From contig NC_069000.1 in the NCBI RefSeq assembly GCF_001194135.2, positions 40,877,332 to 40,941,331 on the forward strand: a stretch of DNA of 64,000 bases. Direction: 5' to 3'. Made by a program: the position numbers and the translations under genes. This document shows positions 11,228-23,519 of the stretch, piece after piece. This stretch comes from Octopus bimaculoides (taxonomy: Eukaryota). Within the stretch, counting starts at the first letter, position 1. Every line of letters begins with the position of its first letter. Below the pieces are notes generated by a model. The model had not been told where the DNA came from and made no database searches. It saw only the letters and a program-made list of their open reading frames with translations.

Positions 11228-13086
11228 TATGATGATATGTTGATACCAAGACAGTTGTAGTACAAGTACAGTTATGCATTTTCACAAACACACTCATTTT
11301 TTAATTTTTTAGAATGTATTAAAAAGCAATGTTTTGAATACAACATTAATAATGAGCCCATTTCTTAAATAAAAGTTTTCCATTTAGGGGGTAAAAAAAA
11401 AAAAATCAAATAAATTTACTTCAGATGTAAAAGAAAATTTATTTATGTGTTTATAGTTTAGACATCTTTAATACTTCATTAGTAAAAATTATAAAAAGAA
11501 AAAACAAATCAAATCAAAAACAGGGATTAAAAATAATGCATAAATGAAATCCACAAAATTTGGGTTGCAGTTCAGGAAACATGAAGATTACCAAGAAAAT
11601 ATCTGTAGTTGCAAGTTTGAAACAGGAAAGCTGGCTTAAGATGGGAAAGATCTAATCTGAAGTCAGGAAATGTTGACTTGATATTGTGAAATTTTCAGCT
11701 TTGAATTTATGCATTTAAATAGGCAGAAAAGACAACGAAAAACAAACAGAAAATGATTTTAGAGGAAATTTAAACACAATCTGTTATTAAATTAGTCTTA
11801 GCTGGTGGCACTTCATATATCTTTAATGGAAATGTAGACATCCCTTTAGCATTTAAACCTGCCATATCCGACCAAAAGTATTTTGCCTGTTTTATGTTCA
11901 AACTGGCCAGATCTGGTCTCTCACACCAACCCTACAATATTGTTTTAAACATTAACAGCTACCTCATCAAAATCTCATAGCTACAAGATAATGTATGATG
12001 AGTTCAAAACAATGTAGATGAAAAAGCATTAATTTTGGCAGAATAATGCAAACACTAAAGGGTTAAAACAGGCCAGAATAGGAAACTGAAGTGTAGCCCA
12101 AGTTGTTGGGATAGCTCCATGCTAGTTGCAAGATATATCATCAACATTTAATGTCTGTTTTCCATGCCGATATGGGTNNNNNNNNNNNNNNNNNNNNNNN
12201 NNNNNNNNNNNNNNNNNNNNNNNNNNNNNNNNNNNNNNNNTATATATATATATATATATATTATAGTAAATAGCAGAAATACATAGTGTAATTATCAGGT
12301 GTTTTCTGTACTGGGTTCAAAGCTTCCCATAGGTTAAAGTGTGTAAAGGGATGGTGTCTGTAAAGGAGACTTGTAGAGATTTCCTACACTAAGTCTTTTG
12401 TAGTATATCAGTAATTAATGTGGGGTCAAGATATTCACTATGATCATTAATATGTTGAAGCATGTTTAACAGTGGGTGTTATTAAAGCTATCATGTCAAC
12501 ACACACACACTCAGGATAGTAACTCTGTAGAATGTTCAGACTTAAGCTAACAAATTTTAATATCTTACTGAAGGCAGTGATTCCATATAGCCTTAACTGT
12601 TACAGGTGAAAGAACCGAAGAATAGACTCTGGCAAATTATAATAAAGACTAAGAATGCAAAGTGTTGCACTTGAGAATAATAAGCAATATACTTAGTCCG
12701 GTTTTAATATAATTCTGGTGTTAATACCTCAGAGTAAAGTTCGCGCACACACACACACACACTCTCTTATATAGAATTAGTCAAAACATGTGAATATATA
12801 ATGACTTCACATATGGCTGTTTTAGCTTTCCACAAACAAAAAGGGTTAAGAACAACATTACAAACACACTACACACAAGCTGATATCCTCTCCTGCGCAC
12901 TTCATCCATTCTTGGAAAGATAATTAACATAAAACCATGTGGAAGTTTATTAAAGTGTTGCCAGAACCTAAAAGGCAAATCAGAGCAGTGCAGCAGACAA
13001 AATAAATAAATAAATGTTAAAAGAAAGCTGAAAGAATCTTCAGGTAGAAACATTACAACATCAAAGCGTAAATAAGCCATCCTTAG

Positions 13087-13092
13087 TTTATT
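13087..13092 (-). other. Candidate polyadenylation signal AATAAA for PFDN2 (a second one at 12946..12951)
   Basis: TTTATT on the plus strand about 120 nt downstream of the PFDN2 stop. The AT-rich background makes this weak. Confidence 0.35.
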
Positions 13093-13213
13093 TCTTTTCA
13101 AATACGAAACTTATTCAGTCATTGAAGGTTTCAGACAATATATTTTAACTGTTCATAAATTGTGGAGTTATAATTAATATGAAAAAAAACAAAAAGCACC
13201 CAGATTCGACTTC

Positions 13214-13375
13214 TCAACTGACAAGGACACCCTGAGTGCCAGGCTTGGTTTCTTGCTTCTCCACCTCACTACTTTCTTCACCACGTATCTTTAAGTTATG
13301 GGTTTCTCTATATTTGTTGATTTCTGTACCTTTGGATTCCAACTGTTTGTTTAAAGTTTCAATTAACTTGGACAT
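13214..13375 (-). CDS. PFDN2: Prefoldin subunit 2, last coding exon (MSKLIETLNKQLESKGTEINKYRETHNLKIRGEESSEVEKQETKPGTQGVLVS*)
   Basis: Acceptor tttggcAG| at 13376 and TGA at 13216-13214 (162 nt). It matches the PFDN2 C-terminus (KxIETLxxQLxxKGxExNxxRExHNxR...GVLVS). The spliced CDS is 420 nt, or 139 aa. Confidence 0.93.
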   Translation of the reverse strand: MSKLIETLNKQLESKGTEINKYRETHNLKIRGEESSEVEKQETKPGTQGVLVS

Positions 13376-15376
13376 CTGCCAAATAAACAAACAATTTTAG
13401 TATTACAACCACTGACACATCTGAGAATACAGTCAAAATTTTCACGACTTTTTATATAATCAAAATCCCACACAGTATGAATCACAGGAATTTTTACAAA
13501 GCCTACCCAAGAATATTACATACCAATCAATGCATTTATGACCAAATTTCTAAAATACATATAAGTGCAGGTGTGGCTGTGTGGTAAGAAGCTTGGTTCC
13601 CAACCACATGATCCCAGGTTCAATTCCACAGCATGACACCTTGGATAAAGTGTCTTCTACTATAGCTTTCTGCTGACCAAATCCTTGTGAGTGGATTTGG
13701 TAGAAAGAAATTGGAAGAAAGCCATACTTATTGAAGTCTATTTAGCTGTAATTAATTAAGCTCTCATTCTATAATTTACAGGTGTTTTGTTAATTTGTAG
13801 TTCAGAGCTCCAGTTTTTCATTGGAAACTAGAAATCACTCCAGCGTATCCACGCATATTCTGAAATCTGCTGTTAAACTAATGTTTAGACCTGATCAAGT
13901 GCACAAGCCCAAACCCAAACAGTTACAAGTGATGACACCTAACAAGTCCTAATAAACAAGAATGGTTGGGAAAGCTGAGGAACCATTAAAAGTTTTGATT
14001 CAATTGGATTTACACCAGCCACATCATTCTACACGTGAAAACTATCAAAGAAACATCGATATGGTATCCAATCAACAAAGTCTGGCTTATATAACCTTAT
14101 GCTTAAGATCAAAATTACTTCACTCACTAATCAACAGCTACTGAAACCTTTGTTAGCACCATATTCCTAGCAGGATCGTTGACCCTTTAGCATTCGGAAT
14201 TCTTTGTCAAGTGCATTGCTTATGATTATATATTTTTAGAATGACATTGTAGGGTAGGTGTGAGAGGTTGGATCTGGTCAGTTTTAGCATAAAGCATGCA
14301 GAATATTTGGGCCAGCTATGACCTGTTCAAATGCTAAAGGCTTAAGATTCCTTGCCACAATGTTTCCATTATCAATTACCGATGCTTCACATAGCCTAGG
14401 TATTGCTATCTGAAAGAGCCTGTGAAGGCCAGGGGTACAGTCCCTTCTAGAAAGCAAATAGAATTTTTTAAATCTGAACCTTTAACCCTTTAGCGATTAA
14501 ACCAGCCATATCCAGCCCAAACCAGTCAGATCTACCCAGCAATATAATTCTAAAAATAAACAATCACATCATTGAAATCTTGAAGCTATAAAATAATATA
14601 TGATTAATTTGAAACAATGAAAATACACAAGCATTACATCTGACAGAGTAGTCTGAATGCAAAAGTGTTGATACAGCAGTCATTGGATTCAGGGAGGTAG
14701 AATGCTTTTATCCATTTGCTCATGGGATTTAAATCATTTGTCACCATATTTCTAATGAAAAATACTGCCTTTAATTCAGTTTTGAAAATAATTAAGGATT
14801 TAGCAAAATGACTATCATTTTTGACATTGTTTGAAACCTAAATTAATATGAAATTTCAATGAGAGGTTTTAATTTAGATCACTTTAAAAAGGAGTTTGCA
14901 TCATTGAACCAGAACCGTCTTTACTATCATCATCATCATCGTTTAACGTCTGCTTTCCATGCTAGCATGGGTTGGACAATTTGACTGAGGACTGGTGAAA
15001 CCAGATGGCTACACCAGGCTCCAATCTGATTTGGCAGAGTTTCTACAGCTGGAAGCCCTTCCTAACACCAACCACTCCGAGAGTGTAGTGGGTGCTTTTA
15101 CGTGCCACCGACACGAAGGCCAGTCAGGTGGTACTGGCAACGGCCACACTCAAAATGGTGTATTTTACGTGCCACCTGCACAGGAGCCAGTCCAGTGGCA
15201 CTGGCAACGATCTCGCTCAAATGTCTTTACATGTGCCAGGAAGGCGACGCTGGGCATAGGTGCCATCACGATTTCGCTTTCCTATATATATATATATATT
15301 TCAAAAGTCAGCAAGTATTTAATTCAGTAGAATATTTTTATTCAGAAATACTGAAATTATTTTAAAGTATTCTTAC

Positions 15377-15500
15377 CTGTTGCTTGTTATTTACTATAGC
15401 AGGCAAGACATCTTTCACCGTCCGCTCTACAAGTACACCACCCAACATTCGGAAACATTTCTTACCAGGATCAACGTCTGTCAGATTTTCTATTACTAGG
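15377..15500 (-). CDS. PFDN2: Prefoldin subunit 2, coding exon 2 (N-LVIENLTDVDPGKKCFRMLGGVLVERTVKDVLPAIVNNKQQ)
   Basis: Acceptor ttctttccAG| at 15501 and donor CAG|GTAAGA at 15376. The exon is 124 nt and phase-compatible with exons 1 and 3. It carries the diagnostic CxRMxGGVLVERTVKxVLPA motif. Confidence 0.95.
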
Positions 15501-15819
15501 CTGGAAAGAAAGAGACAGCGAAAATGGTTTAAAAAGAAACACGACCAGTCTGGAGGCAATCTTGTAATTTGAAGTGCAATTCAAAAAAAAAAAAAAAAAA
15601 AAAAAAGAACTGTCAAAATGATAGTAATGTAAGTGAACACTATCAAAATTCCTTTTTTATTCTTAAGAACTATCTATCCCTAAGTTTAAGTACTGAAGGT
15701 CAGTCCCTCATTCTTGTTATCTATGTGTCTTTGACAATGTAATTCATGAAAAGCTCAAAAGCTTGGTCACTATTAACCTCATTTCAGTATCCCTTACCCA
15801 GGGAGTAGCATCCAAATAA

Positions 15820-16400
15820 ATTGGGGTTCTATGTTGACATAAATGCTACTCTCTATTTCTGCCCTGCTTCCTTGTTCCATATTGGTCGGCAACATTATTT
15901 CCCTTCCAACAATGAGGTGGTTGAGGCTCAACAACTGCAGGGAAGGCTTCAACTCTTAGTTCCAGAACAAAGAATATTGCCTGGACAATTTACAAAGCAC
16001 CATTTCATTTCCCTTTCCGTTGAATTCGATCAATACTGAAGCTACTGCCTACTTCTTGTGAGAGCTAAAGACAGTTGACACTTTGCCTGTAGCAAACACC
16101 ACTGGCTTAATAAGCCTGGATGATCTCTGCGTTCCCATTGCCTTCAGGGTTGATGTATGTGGGGGAATGAAGTGTCATTTTGGTGCTTTGATTCTGGAGG
16201 CCTTTATGTTATCATGTTGACTAAATGCAGGTTACATCGGTTGCCAAATGAATACTAGCCAAGGTAAACACCATCCCAGCTCTGGAACCATTGTCATCAT
16301 CTAGAGATGATGGGAAGAGGCTTGATGGAGTTACTCTTTGCCCTTGGGATAGAAATAGATGCTTTACTTGAGATGCCACCATTAGTGACTTATTTCATAT
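15820..16400 (+). mobile_element. Degenerate RLE-bearing (CRE-like) LINE 3' remnant in PFDN2 intron 1
   Basis: Translation near 16275-16390 gives PALEPLSSSRDDGKRLDGVTLCPWDRNRCFT*DAT, resembling the EPxGL..DGKRPDGxTLxPW..G..LxWDxT endonuclease motif. Confidence 0.55.
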
Positions 16401-16470
16401 ATTGGAAGTTCTTAAAGCTATAAAGGAGATGGCAGGTAGATTAAGCACTGGAATACTGTAATCCGTTGGT

Positions 16471-16730
16471 TGTTGTTGTTGGCACTCCGTCGCTTACGAT
16501 GTCAAGGGTTCCAGTTGATCCGATCAACGGAACAGCCTGCTCGTGAAATTAACGTGCAAGTGGCTGAGCACTCCACAGACACGTGTACCCTTACAGGCAC
16601 AACAGAAACAGGAAGAAAGAGTGAGGTGTTTTCGCTCAATAAACACTCACAATGCCCGGTCTGGGAATCGAAACCACGATCCTATGACCGCGAGTCCACT
16701 ACCCTAACCACTGTGCCATTGCGTCTCTAC
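16471..16730 (-). mobile_element. SINE family A with two internal deletions, 11-bp TSD AATCCGTTGGT
   Basis: The TSD lies at 16460-16470 and 16731-16741. The copy is colinear with 49230..49616 apart from two missing blocks. Confidence 0.85.
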
Positions 16731-17168
16731 AATCCGTTGGTAAATTATACCTTTTAAGCCAATGTCTTTTGAGAAATTGGGGATGGTGGTGCTAGACTAC
16801 TGACAGGGAATATAATTGACTTCAGGAGTATCCCAACTCACTGATGTAACAGCTAATGCTCAGGAGATAGCTCAACTGTTCAAGCACCTCCATCATGCTA
16901 TTATCTGCAGCAATGTTAATATCTTGGTGTTTCAACAACTTGGAGGGAAACACTATTTCTCCTGGCATGACATGTAACTGGAGTGTGCATTCTTTTTTTT
17001 TTTTTCTCTATTTTCTTACTTTCTTTTATTCTTTTACTTGTTTCGGTTATTTGACTGTTGCCATGCTGGAGCACCGCCTTAAGTCGACCCCAGGACTTAT
17101 TCTTTGTAAGCCTAATACTTATTCTATCGGTTTCTTTTGCCGAACAGCTAAGTTACGGGGACAGATAT

Positions 17169-17199
<31 letters not shown>

Positions 17200-18731
17200 C
17201 GATGGGCTTCTTCCAGTTTCCGTCTACCAAATCCACTCACAAGGTTTTGGTCGGCCCGAGGCTGTAGTAGAAGACACTTGCCCAAGGTATCACTTTACTG
17301 TTTACCTTTGTAAATTATGTTCTTTTCTGCAAGAAACCCTCCCCACCTTAATTTTTTTTTTTTTTACGGAATCTCACGTTTTAGGCTATGGAGATTCCGA
17401 TTCTGAAAAGAATTTTTTAAAAATCGCAACTTCAAAATTTCAACCCCCCACTACCACTTCTTTCGTTTACATCTTCGCCATGTGCGCCGCCCCTTCCTTC
17501 ATACCAGTACAAAAAAAAAAAATTAAAAAGGAGTTTAATGCGTAACTGAAGAGTAAGGACACGACGCACACACGTTTCAGGTCCTCAGTCCGTTTCGTGT
17601 CAGTCTTTTAAATTTGTCTGGGATTTTATTTCCAGTTAAGTCAGACTTCAAATCAATAGGCTGCCAAATTTGTTACTGCTTTCTTAGATTTAGGAAGAAA
17701 GCCAAACTCAATTTGAAGTTTGCAGTCACAAGGGAGGCTTTCTTTTACTCGAAAGCAATTATCACAGCGGGAAAAGGTACACAATGCTTCAAGCGAACTA
17801 CAATACTCTCGTAAACTTTCAGATTAAAATGACATCAGGTTTAGCCTCATAATAGAGTTACGTCCCTTTATGATAAACTAATAAATGGATATTTTAAAAA
17901 TATATATTAAACAGTTCTTTCCTATACTGACTAAATGAAGGATAATAATTATATTTTCCACAGGTGAATAGTTATTTTGCAGAGATATGTTTTCGAGGGT
18001 GTAGATAAAAAAAAAAAAGAAAAAAATTAAGTGTGAAGAAAAAAACTGTAGAAGTTTCGGATAACTGTAACCCTTCTACTCCGGCTTTTTTTTCCTTACC
18101 GACTTCCGTAAGGCCAATAGCGTGCAACATTTTATTCTCACCTTCCTTTATTGGTATCTATCCATCCAGTGATAGTGCCTGGATGTGTATAACACACGTG
18201 GGGAGCAGAACACGGAAGGTTGATAATTAATTCGACACATGGGTGGTGATTTAGCAACGTTAAACTGAAGCTATCACGTAGGAAGCTTGGTTGTAATCGA
18301 AATAAAATAGAAAAGTATATAAGAACTACCTGAACACTTCATTTTCCCTATGAAATAAATGTTCAACTGTTGTCGAGTCAAGAAAGCAGAATATTCAAGT
18401 GGATGAAGCAGAAATTTATGCATTTATAATAATTCCAGAGGGTTTGATAATTATAAAATATATAAGATAAAAATTCGCTGCATTTAGACGTATATTTTCA
18501 TTTATTCCTTCCTTTATGAATTTATATGATCGAACTAAGAGTAAATCATTATAAAATTAATTATATAAACAATTAAACGAGCACTGAAAAATAATTCCGT
18601 AACGAAGAAAATGTTAATAAAGCTAGGAGATTCATATCAATCATTATCAATATTTATTCTGACTAATCTTGAGTGGAGATGGTTATAGCAGGATATAAAA
18701 GAAGAATGAAAAGCAAATCAAATGTACATAC

Positions 18732-18865
18732 TTGTGCTCTTTTAAATCCATTTCTACTTCTGATATTTTAGAAGCGAGGGCACGTTGTTGTTGCCGTAAT
18801 TCCTGGAAACCAGCAATAATTTGTTCATTAGTCTTTGGTTTGTTGCTTTTAGCAGTGGACGCCAT
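18732..18865 (-). CDS. PFDN2: Prefoldin subunit 2, coding exon 1 (MASTAKSNKPKTNEQIIAGFQELRQQQRALASKISEVEMDLKEH + AA)
   Basis: ATG at 18865 and donor AA|GTATGT at 18731. The exon is 134 nt (phase 2). The sequence resembles the PFDN2 N-terminal helix (FxxLRxxQRxLASKxxELEMxLxEH). Confidence 0.93.
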
Positions 18866-18869
18866 TATT

Positions 18870-18903
18870 CACTTCGGGTTATGAAGAATGATGTCACTTC
18901 CTG
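18870..18903 (-). promoter_or_regulatory. ETS/GABP-like motifs (CAGGAAGTG and CCGAAGTG) immediately upstream of the PFDN2 ATG
   Basis: The minus strand reads cccAGGAAGTGacat...cccGAAGTGaataATG. This fits a TATA-less housekeeping promoter or 5' UTR; function is inferred. Confidence 0.35.
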
Positions 18904-19189
18904 GGCGCTGTTAAAATTGAGAGCGACACATTGAATTTGAAACAATAAAAAAGCTGCAGAAAAAACTGTACTAAAATAAATAAAATGTATTTAATATTGA
19001 ATTAATTAAGTAATAAAAAATTACTTTTGAATTTAATTAATTTTCTTTTTATTTTGCTTTTCTGCTTAAAAATTACTTGATAAGACTAATAGGCAATTGT
19101 ATTTCGTTTCGTTAATAATTTGCATTTTTATAGATACCCACTTTTCTTTGTTCACTTTCTCGAATGCAAGCATGTATTCTTTTCTACTC

Positions 19190-19315
19190 TTGGCACAAGG
19201 CCTGAAATTTTTGGGGAGTGGGGGGCAGTCGATTAGATCGACACCAGTACGCAACTGGTACTTAATTTATCAACCCCGAAAGATGAAAGTCAAAGTCGAC
19301 TTCGGCGGAATGAAT
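19190..19315 (-). mobile_element. SINE family C 3' fragment (gtcgactttgcctttcatcctttcggggtcgataaa...ggccttgtgcc)
   Basis: The same module lies at about 28327-28520, 40786-40975, 41650-41780, 41885-42370, 42388-42605, 50450-50550, 51563-51765 and 52490-52700. Confidence 0.7.
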
Positions 19316-20327
19316 GCAAGCATGTATTGCAACTGCAAAATGAGTGGAAAATTACACCTGAACACGAAGTTTTAATATACTGGCTCTACATGAAAATAAA
19401 AACAAAATTGGTCAAACAGAATACATTTATTAGTATACCGTCATGCCATGTTCATTGCCTTTTTATAAAGTGAAAGTCAAAGGCATACACTAAGTTTTAG
19501 GCGTCGTAACGCTTTTATCAAACTTAGTAAGTTTTCTTGCATACCCACGGATAGGGTTAACGTAGGTAATTTACACCGGTAGTAATAACGGATGTTCTTA
19601 TCCCTTAGACGGTTACTCTAACTGCTAACTGTACTTACCTGTATATCTATGTGTGTGTGTGTGTATGTGTGCGTGTGTGGATGTATGTATACACGCATGT
19701 ATAGATGTCTGGATGTATGTGTAAGTGGATGTATGTATGTGTGTATATATAAGTGACTAATTAAGGGCACACCATACCAGCTGTGAAAAATGAATAAAAT
19801 GACCTCAAATCAATAGATTCACAAAGGCCATCTTTTGACAAGAACTCAACAACTTTTTTGACCACTCCTAAAAGTATTCTATTTCTTTATTCCTGATAGT
19901 CTAATCTCTTCTCACTACCATTTTCAACTACTTTTTGTCTTCTTACCTTCCATCTTTTTCCTTCTTTTCTTTCCTTTTTTTCTTCTTCCTTTTTCATACA
20001 TGCTGTTGTCTTTAATTTTTGTGTTCTTTTATTATTTTTTAACTTTAATTTTTATACAAGTTTTAAATTTCTATATTTAAAAAAAATTTTCTATCTTTTA
20101 TTTCCTGTTTTTGTTTTTTATTTGTATACTTGTAAGAAAAAGTCTTTTGCTATATAAACAACCTTCAAAACAACAGAATTTCAGCTTGAAAACGGCGATC
20201 GAAAAACTCGAAACTCATCAGAGTTAACTGTAAACATTATCTTTAAAATAAAAATTACCCCCAACAAAACTATCTCTACTCATTTTTTCAAATATATTAT
20301 ACTCTGCCAAGAACCTTTTTTTTATTA

Positions 20328-20471
20328 TTCCGTCCAGAATTCTGTTGCTCTTTTTAACTCCAGGAGGACACCTCCTCCAGCTGGTTTACAAGACACTACC
20401 TGTGTCGCTAACCGGCTGGAGCAGGTATTCTTCTGGGGTTAAAAAGAATAGTAACAGTGTTCTGTACGGAA
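20328..20471. repeat. Imperfect inverted repeat / long hairpin (about 69-nt arms, 5-nt loop TACCT)
   Basis: ttccgtccagaattctgttgct.ctttttaactccaggaggacacctcctccagctggtt..gacac pairs with gtgtc..aaccggctggagcaggtattcttctggggttaaaaag..agtaacagtgttctgtacggaa. Confidence 0.75.
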
Positions 20472-22337
20472 CAACCACGTTGAGGTGCTAACAGCCATTA
20501 CTTTTCAGTAGAGTTACTATTTGCCTCTCTTATAGAGATTTTAGGATAAGCTGCCTCGCTTGTTATATACATCCCAGAAAACTTTTGCCGACTTGCAACA
20601 AAACGTATATATTCACTTCCAGCAATAGAGAGCAGTCGCCATATTTCATTCCATAATGGCTACCTCTGATGAGCACAGTGTTATATAATCGGTCTGTTAC
20701 CTAACACTACTTTAGGATGGACCATTTAATCTCGATCACATCTTTTATCCTTTCGAAGTCGATAAAACAAGCACCAGTCGAGTACTGGGGTTGATGCAAT
20801 CGTTTTATTCTCTCCAACGAAGTTGCTAGCCTTGGGCCAAAATTTGAAGCCATTATTACAAACATCATTATTGATTTTTTTTCTCATGTATTTACGTCAC
20901 TATTGAAAGGTCGGTCAGTTGCTTTTGCTTTTAGAAAAAAAAATGGTTATTGTTGAATATCTTTTGTTTAATTGTTAACGCCAAAACCACTACGACGGCG
21001 ACGACGATGACAAAAAGTATTCACACAGACAATGGTAAGACCGGGAGAAACAAAAACAACATCAATGATTACACGAACAACAACAATGACGCCAGTGACA
21101 AAAGTAACAACGCAAAAACGGTTTTCACACGTTGCTAGCACTAAAAGAGAAATGTTCTAGAACTTTAAAAGTAATGTTTGTATTGTTCATAGAAAACAAA
21201 ACTGTGAAATGATACAAACCGAAAGCTTTGTTAAATCTGAGGAAAAGAAGGCAGCGGTAATGAAAAACTATTACAGATGTGTATCCCTTCGGAGCCAGCG
21301 GGTTGAACCTGCCACAAGGACATTCTGTAACACGATTTTTGTCCTTGGATAACAACTGTCATTTCTTATTTGCTTACCCCTAACATGTATGGTAAATGGT
21401 TAATATTTCCTTCAAACTTTACTTTTGTTACATTTATTCGATTCTCAAAGAGTCCCTCTTAACAAGGCTATGATGTTCCCCACTGCTTCTGCTCATGATC
21501 TGAGATGAACATATTGTCAGTTAGTAAGGGACAGAGCCCAACTGCCTAAAGTCGGGAAACTGATAAGCAAATCTGTGGTATTCAGCAGAATATTTGATTT
21601 AATGATATTTCTGCTTCAGTAACTAAGCGCTGACTATCTGAATTGTAATGGAAAACAAGTGATTTTGCTTTCTGATTCAAGTGATTTTGCTTATACTTTT
21701 TATTAATATTTTTATTTGTTTACTTGTTTTAATCTCTACTATAATTTTAAAATTTACTAATATCTTTAGGCTTACTTCAATTTTATTCTACGTTAATTAC
21801 TTGCAATTTCTTATTCTTGACATAGTTTGTTTAATTTTTCACTTGTACCTACTTCATACTTTAATATAAAGTGATTCGATTCGACAACTGTTTATATATA
21901 TTTTTTCCATCACGGTCTATCCTGCTGTGGCACAATCGATATTTTCTATAACTAGAGGCATATTCATCTCATTCATTAAGTTGATATTCATTAGCTCCGA
22001 TCAGAAACGACATATACTAAGCGAAATGTAAAGTGAGTAATGAATGCTAGCCTTCCTGTCAATATTGCTTTTATCCTCCAGCTAGTGTGTTGTAAGCTCC
22101 CATGCATAAATTGTTTATGGGACGATGGTTATATGGCTCCAGAATTATTTTTCAGTTGGTTAGTCCAGTTACAGACGAGTTGTTATTGAGCAACCACAAG
22201 ACATATTTGATAGGGATCTCATACAGTACGTTTTCGTTTTATAAGTAGTAGTTAAAATGGTTGTGCGGTATGAAATCTTTTGTCGTTGAAATCATCATGT
22301 ATTTTTAATATTTCATTCGTGAATAGTGAGTTAGCAG

Positions 22338-22586
22338 TGGAGGCGCAATGGCCCAGTGGTTAGGGCAGCGGACTCGCAGTCATAGGATCGCGGTTTCGAT
22401 TCCCAGATCGGGCGTTGTGAGTGTTTATAGAGCGAAAACACCTAAAGCTCCACGAGGCTCCGGCAAGGGATAGTGGCGAACCCTGCTGTACTCTTTCACC
22501 ACAACTTTCTCTCACTCTTACTTCCTGTTTCTGTTGTGCCTGTAATTCAAAGGGTCAGCCTTGTCACACTGTGTCACGCTGAATAT
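22338..22586 (+). mobile_element. SINE family A, 5' part (runs into gap)
   Basis: Has the same A/B-box head as 2523..2907. Confidence 0.85.
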
Positions 22587-23236
22587 NNNNNNNNNNNNNN
22601 NNNNNNNNNNNNNNNNNNNNNNNNNNNNNNNNNNNNNNNNNNNNNNNNNNNNNNNNNNNNNNNNNNNNNNNNNNNNNNNNNNNNNNNNNNNNNNNNNNNN
22701 NNNNNNNNNNNNNNNNNNNNNNNNNNNNNNNNNNNNNNNNNNNNNNNNNNNNNNNNNNNNNNNNNNNNNNNNNNNNNNNNNNNNNNNNNNNNNNNNNNNN
22801 NNNNNNNNNNNNNNNNNNNNNNNNNNNNNNNNNNNNNNNNNNNNNNNNNNNNNNNNNNNNNNNNNNNNNNNNNNNNNNNNNNNNNNNNNNNNNNNNNNNN
22901 NNNNNNNNNNNNNNNNNNNNNNNNNNNNNNNNNNNNNNNNNNNNNNNNNNNNNNNNNNNNNNNNNNNNNNNNNNNNNNNNNNNNNNNNNNNNNNNNNNNN
23001 NNNNNNNNNNNNNNNNNNNNNNNNNNNNNNNNNNNNNNNNNNNNNNNNNNNNNNNNNNNNNNNNNNNNNNNNNNNNNNNNNNNNNNNNNNNNNNNNNNNN
23101 NNNNNNNNNNNNNNNNNNNNNNNNNNNNNNNNNNNNNNNNNNNNNNNNNNNNNNNNNNNNNNNNNNNNNNNNNNNNNNNNNNNNNNNNNATCTCCATACC
23201 TTCGTTTTATTTGCTTTTTTCATTTTAAATTTGCTT

Positions 23237-23280
23237 TAACCCTAACCCTAACCCTAACCCTAGGGTTAGGGTTAGGGTTA
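23237..23280. repeat. Inverted telomeric repeat array (TAACCC)4-(TAGGGT/TTAGGG)3, with a 38-bp perfect palindrome at 23243-23280
   Basis: Read directly: taaccctaaccctaaccctaaccctagggttagggttagggtta. Confidence 0.9.
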
Positions 23281-23519
23281 ATTGTTTCAGAATCGTTTGT
23301 TTATGTAGTCGGCACTTAATGTATATCGGCTGAATGGACGTCAGTGATTGGTTGAAATTACAGAAATACGACAACTTTCACATGGAATAACTTAGGGATT
23401 TCTTTTTTTTTTAAGAAGTCTAAGAGAAAAAGATGTTTTATATGACACATTCTACCAGTGTTCCAAGTTTCAAAGTGTTTCGTTAATGAAAAATGTGGCC
23501 CCCGATTTAAAAAAGATCC

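Noticed and set aside
23237-23280. Ancient telomere-telomere fusion site
   Set aside because: A fusion gives (TTAGGG)n followed by (CCCTAA)n. The order here is reversed and the array is only 7 units.
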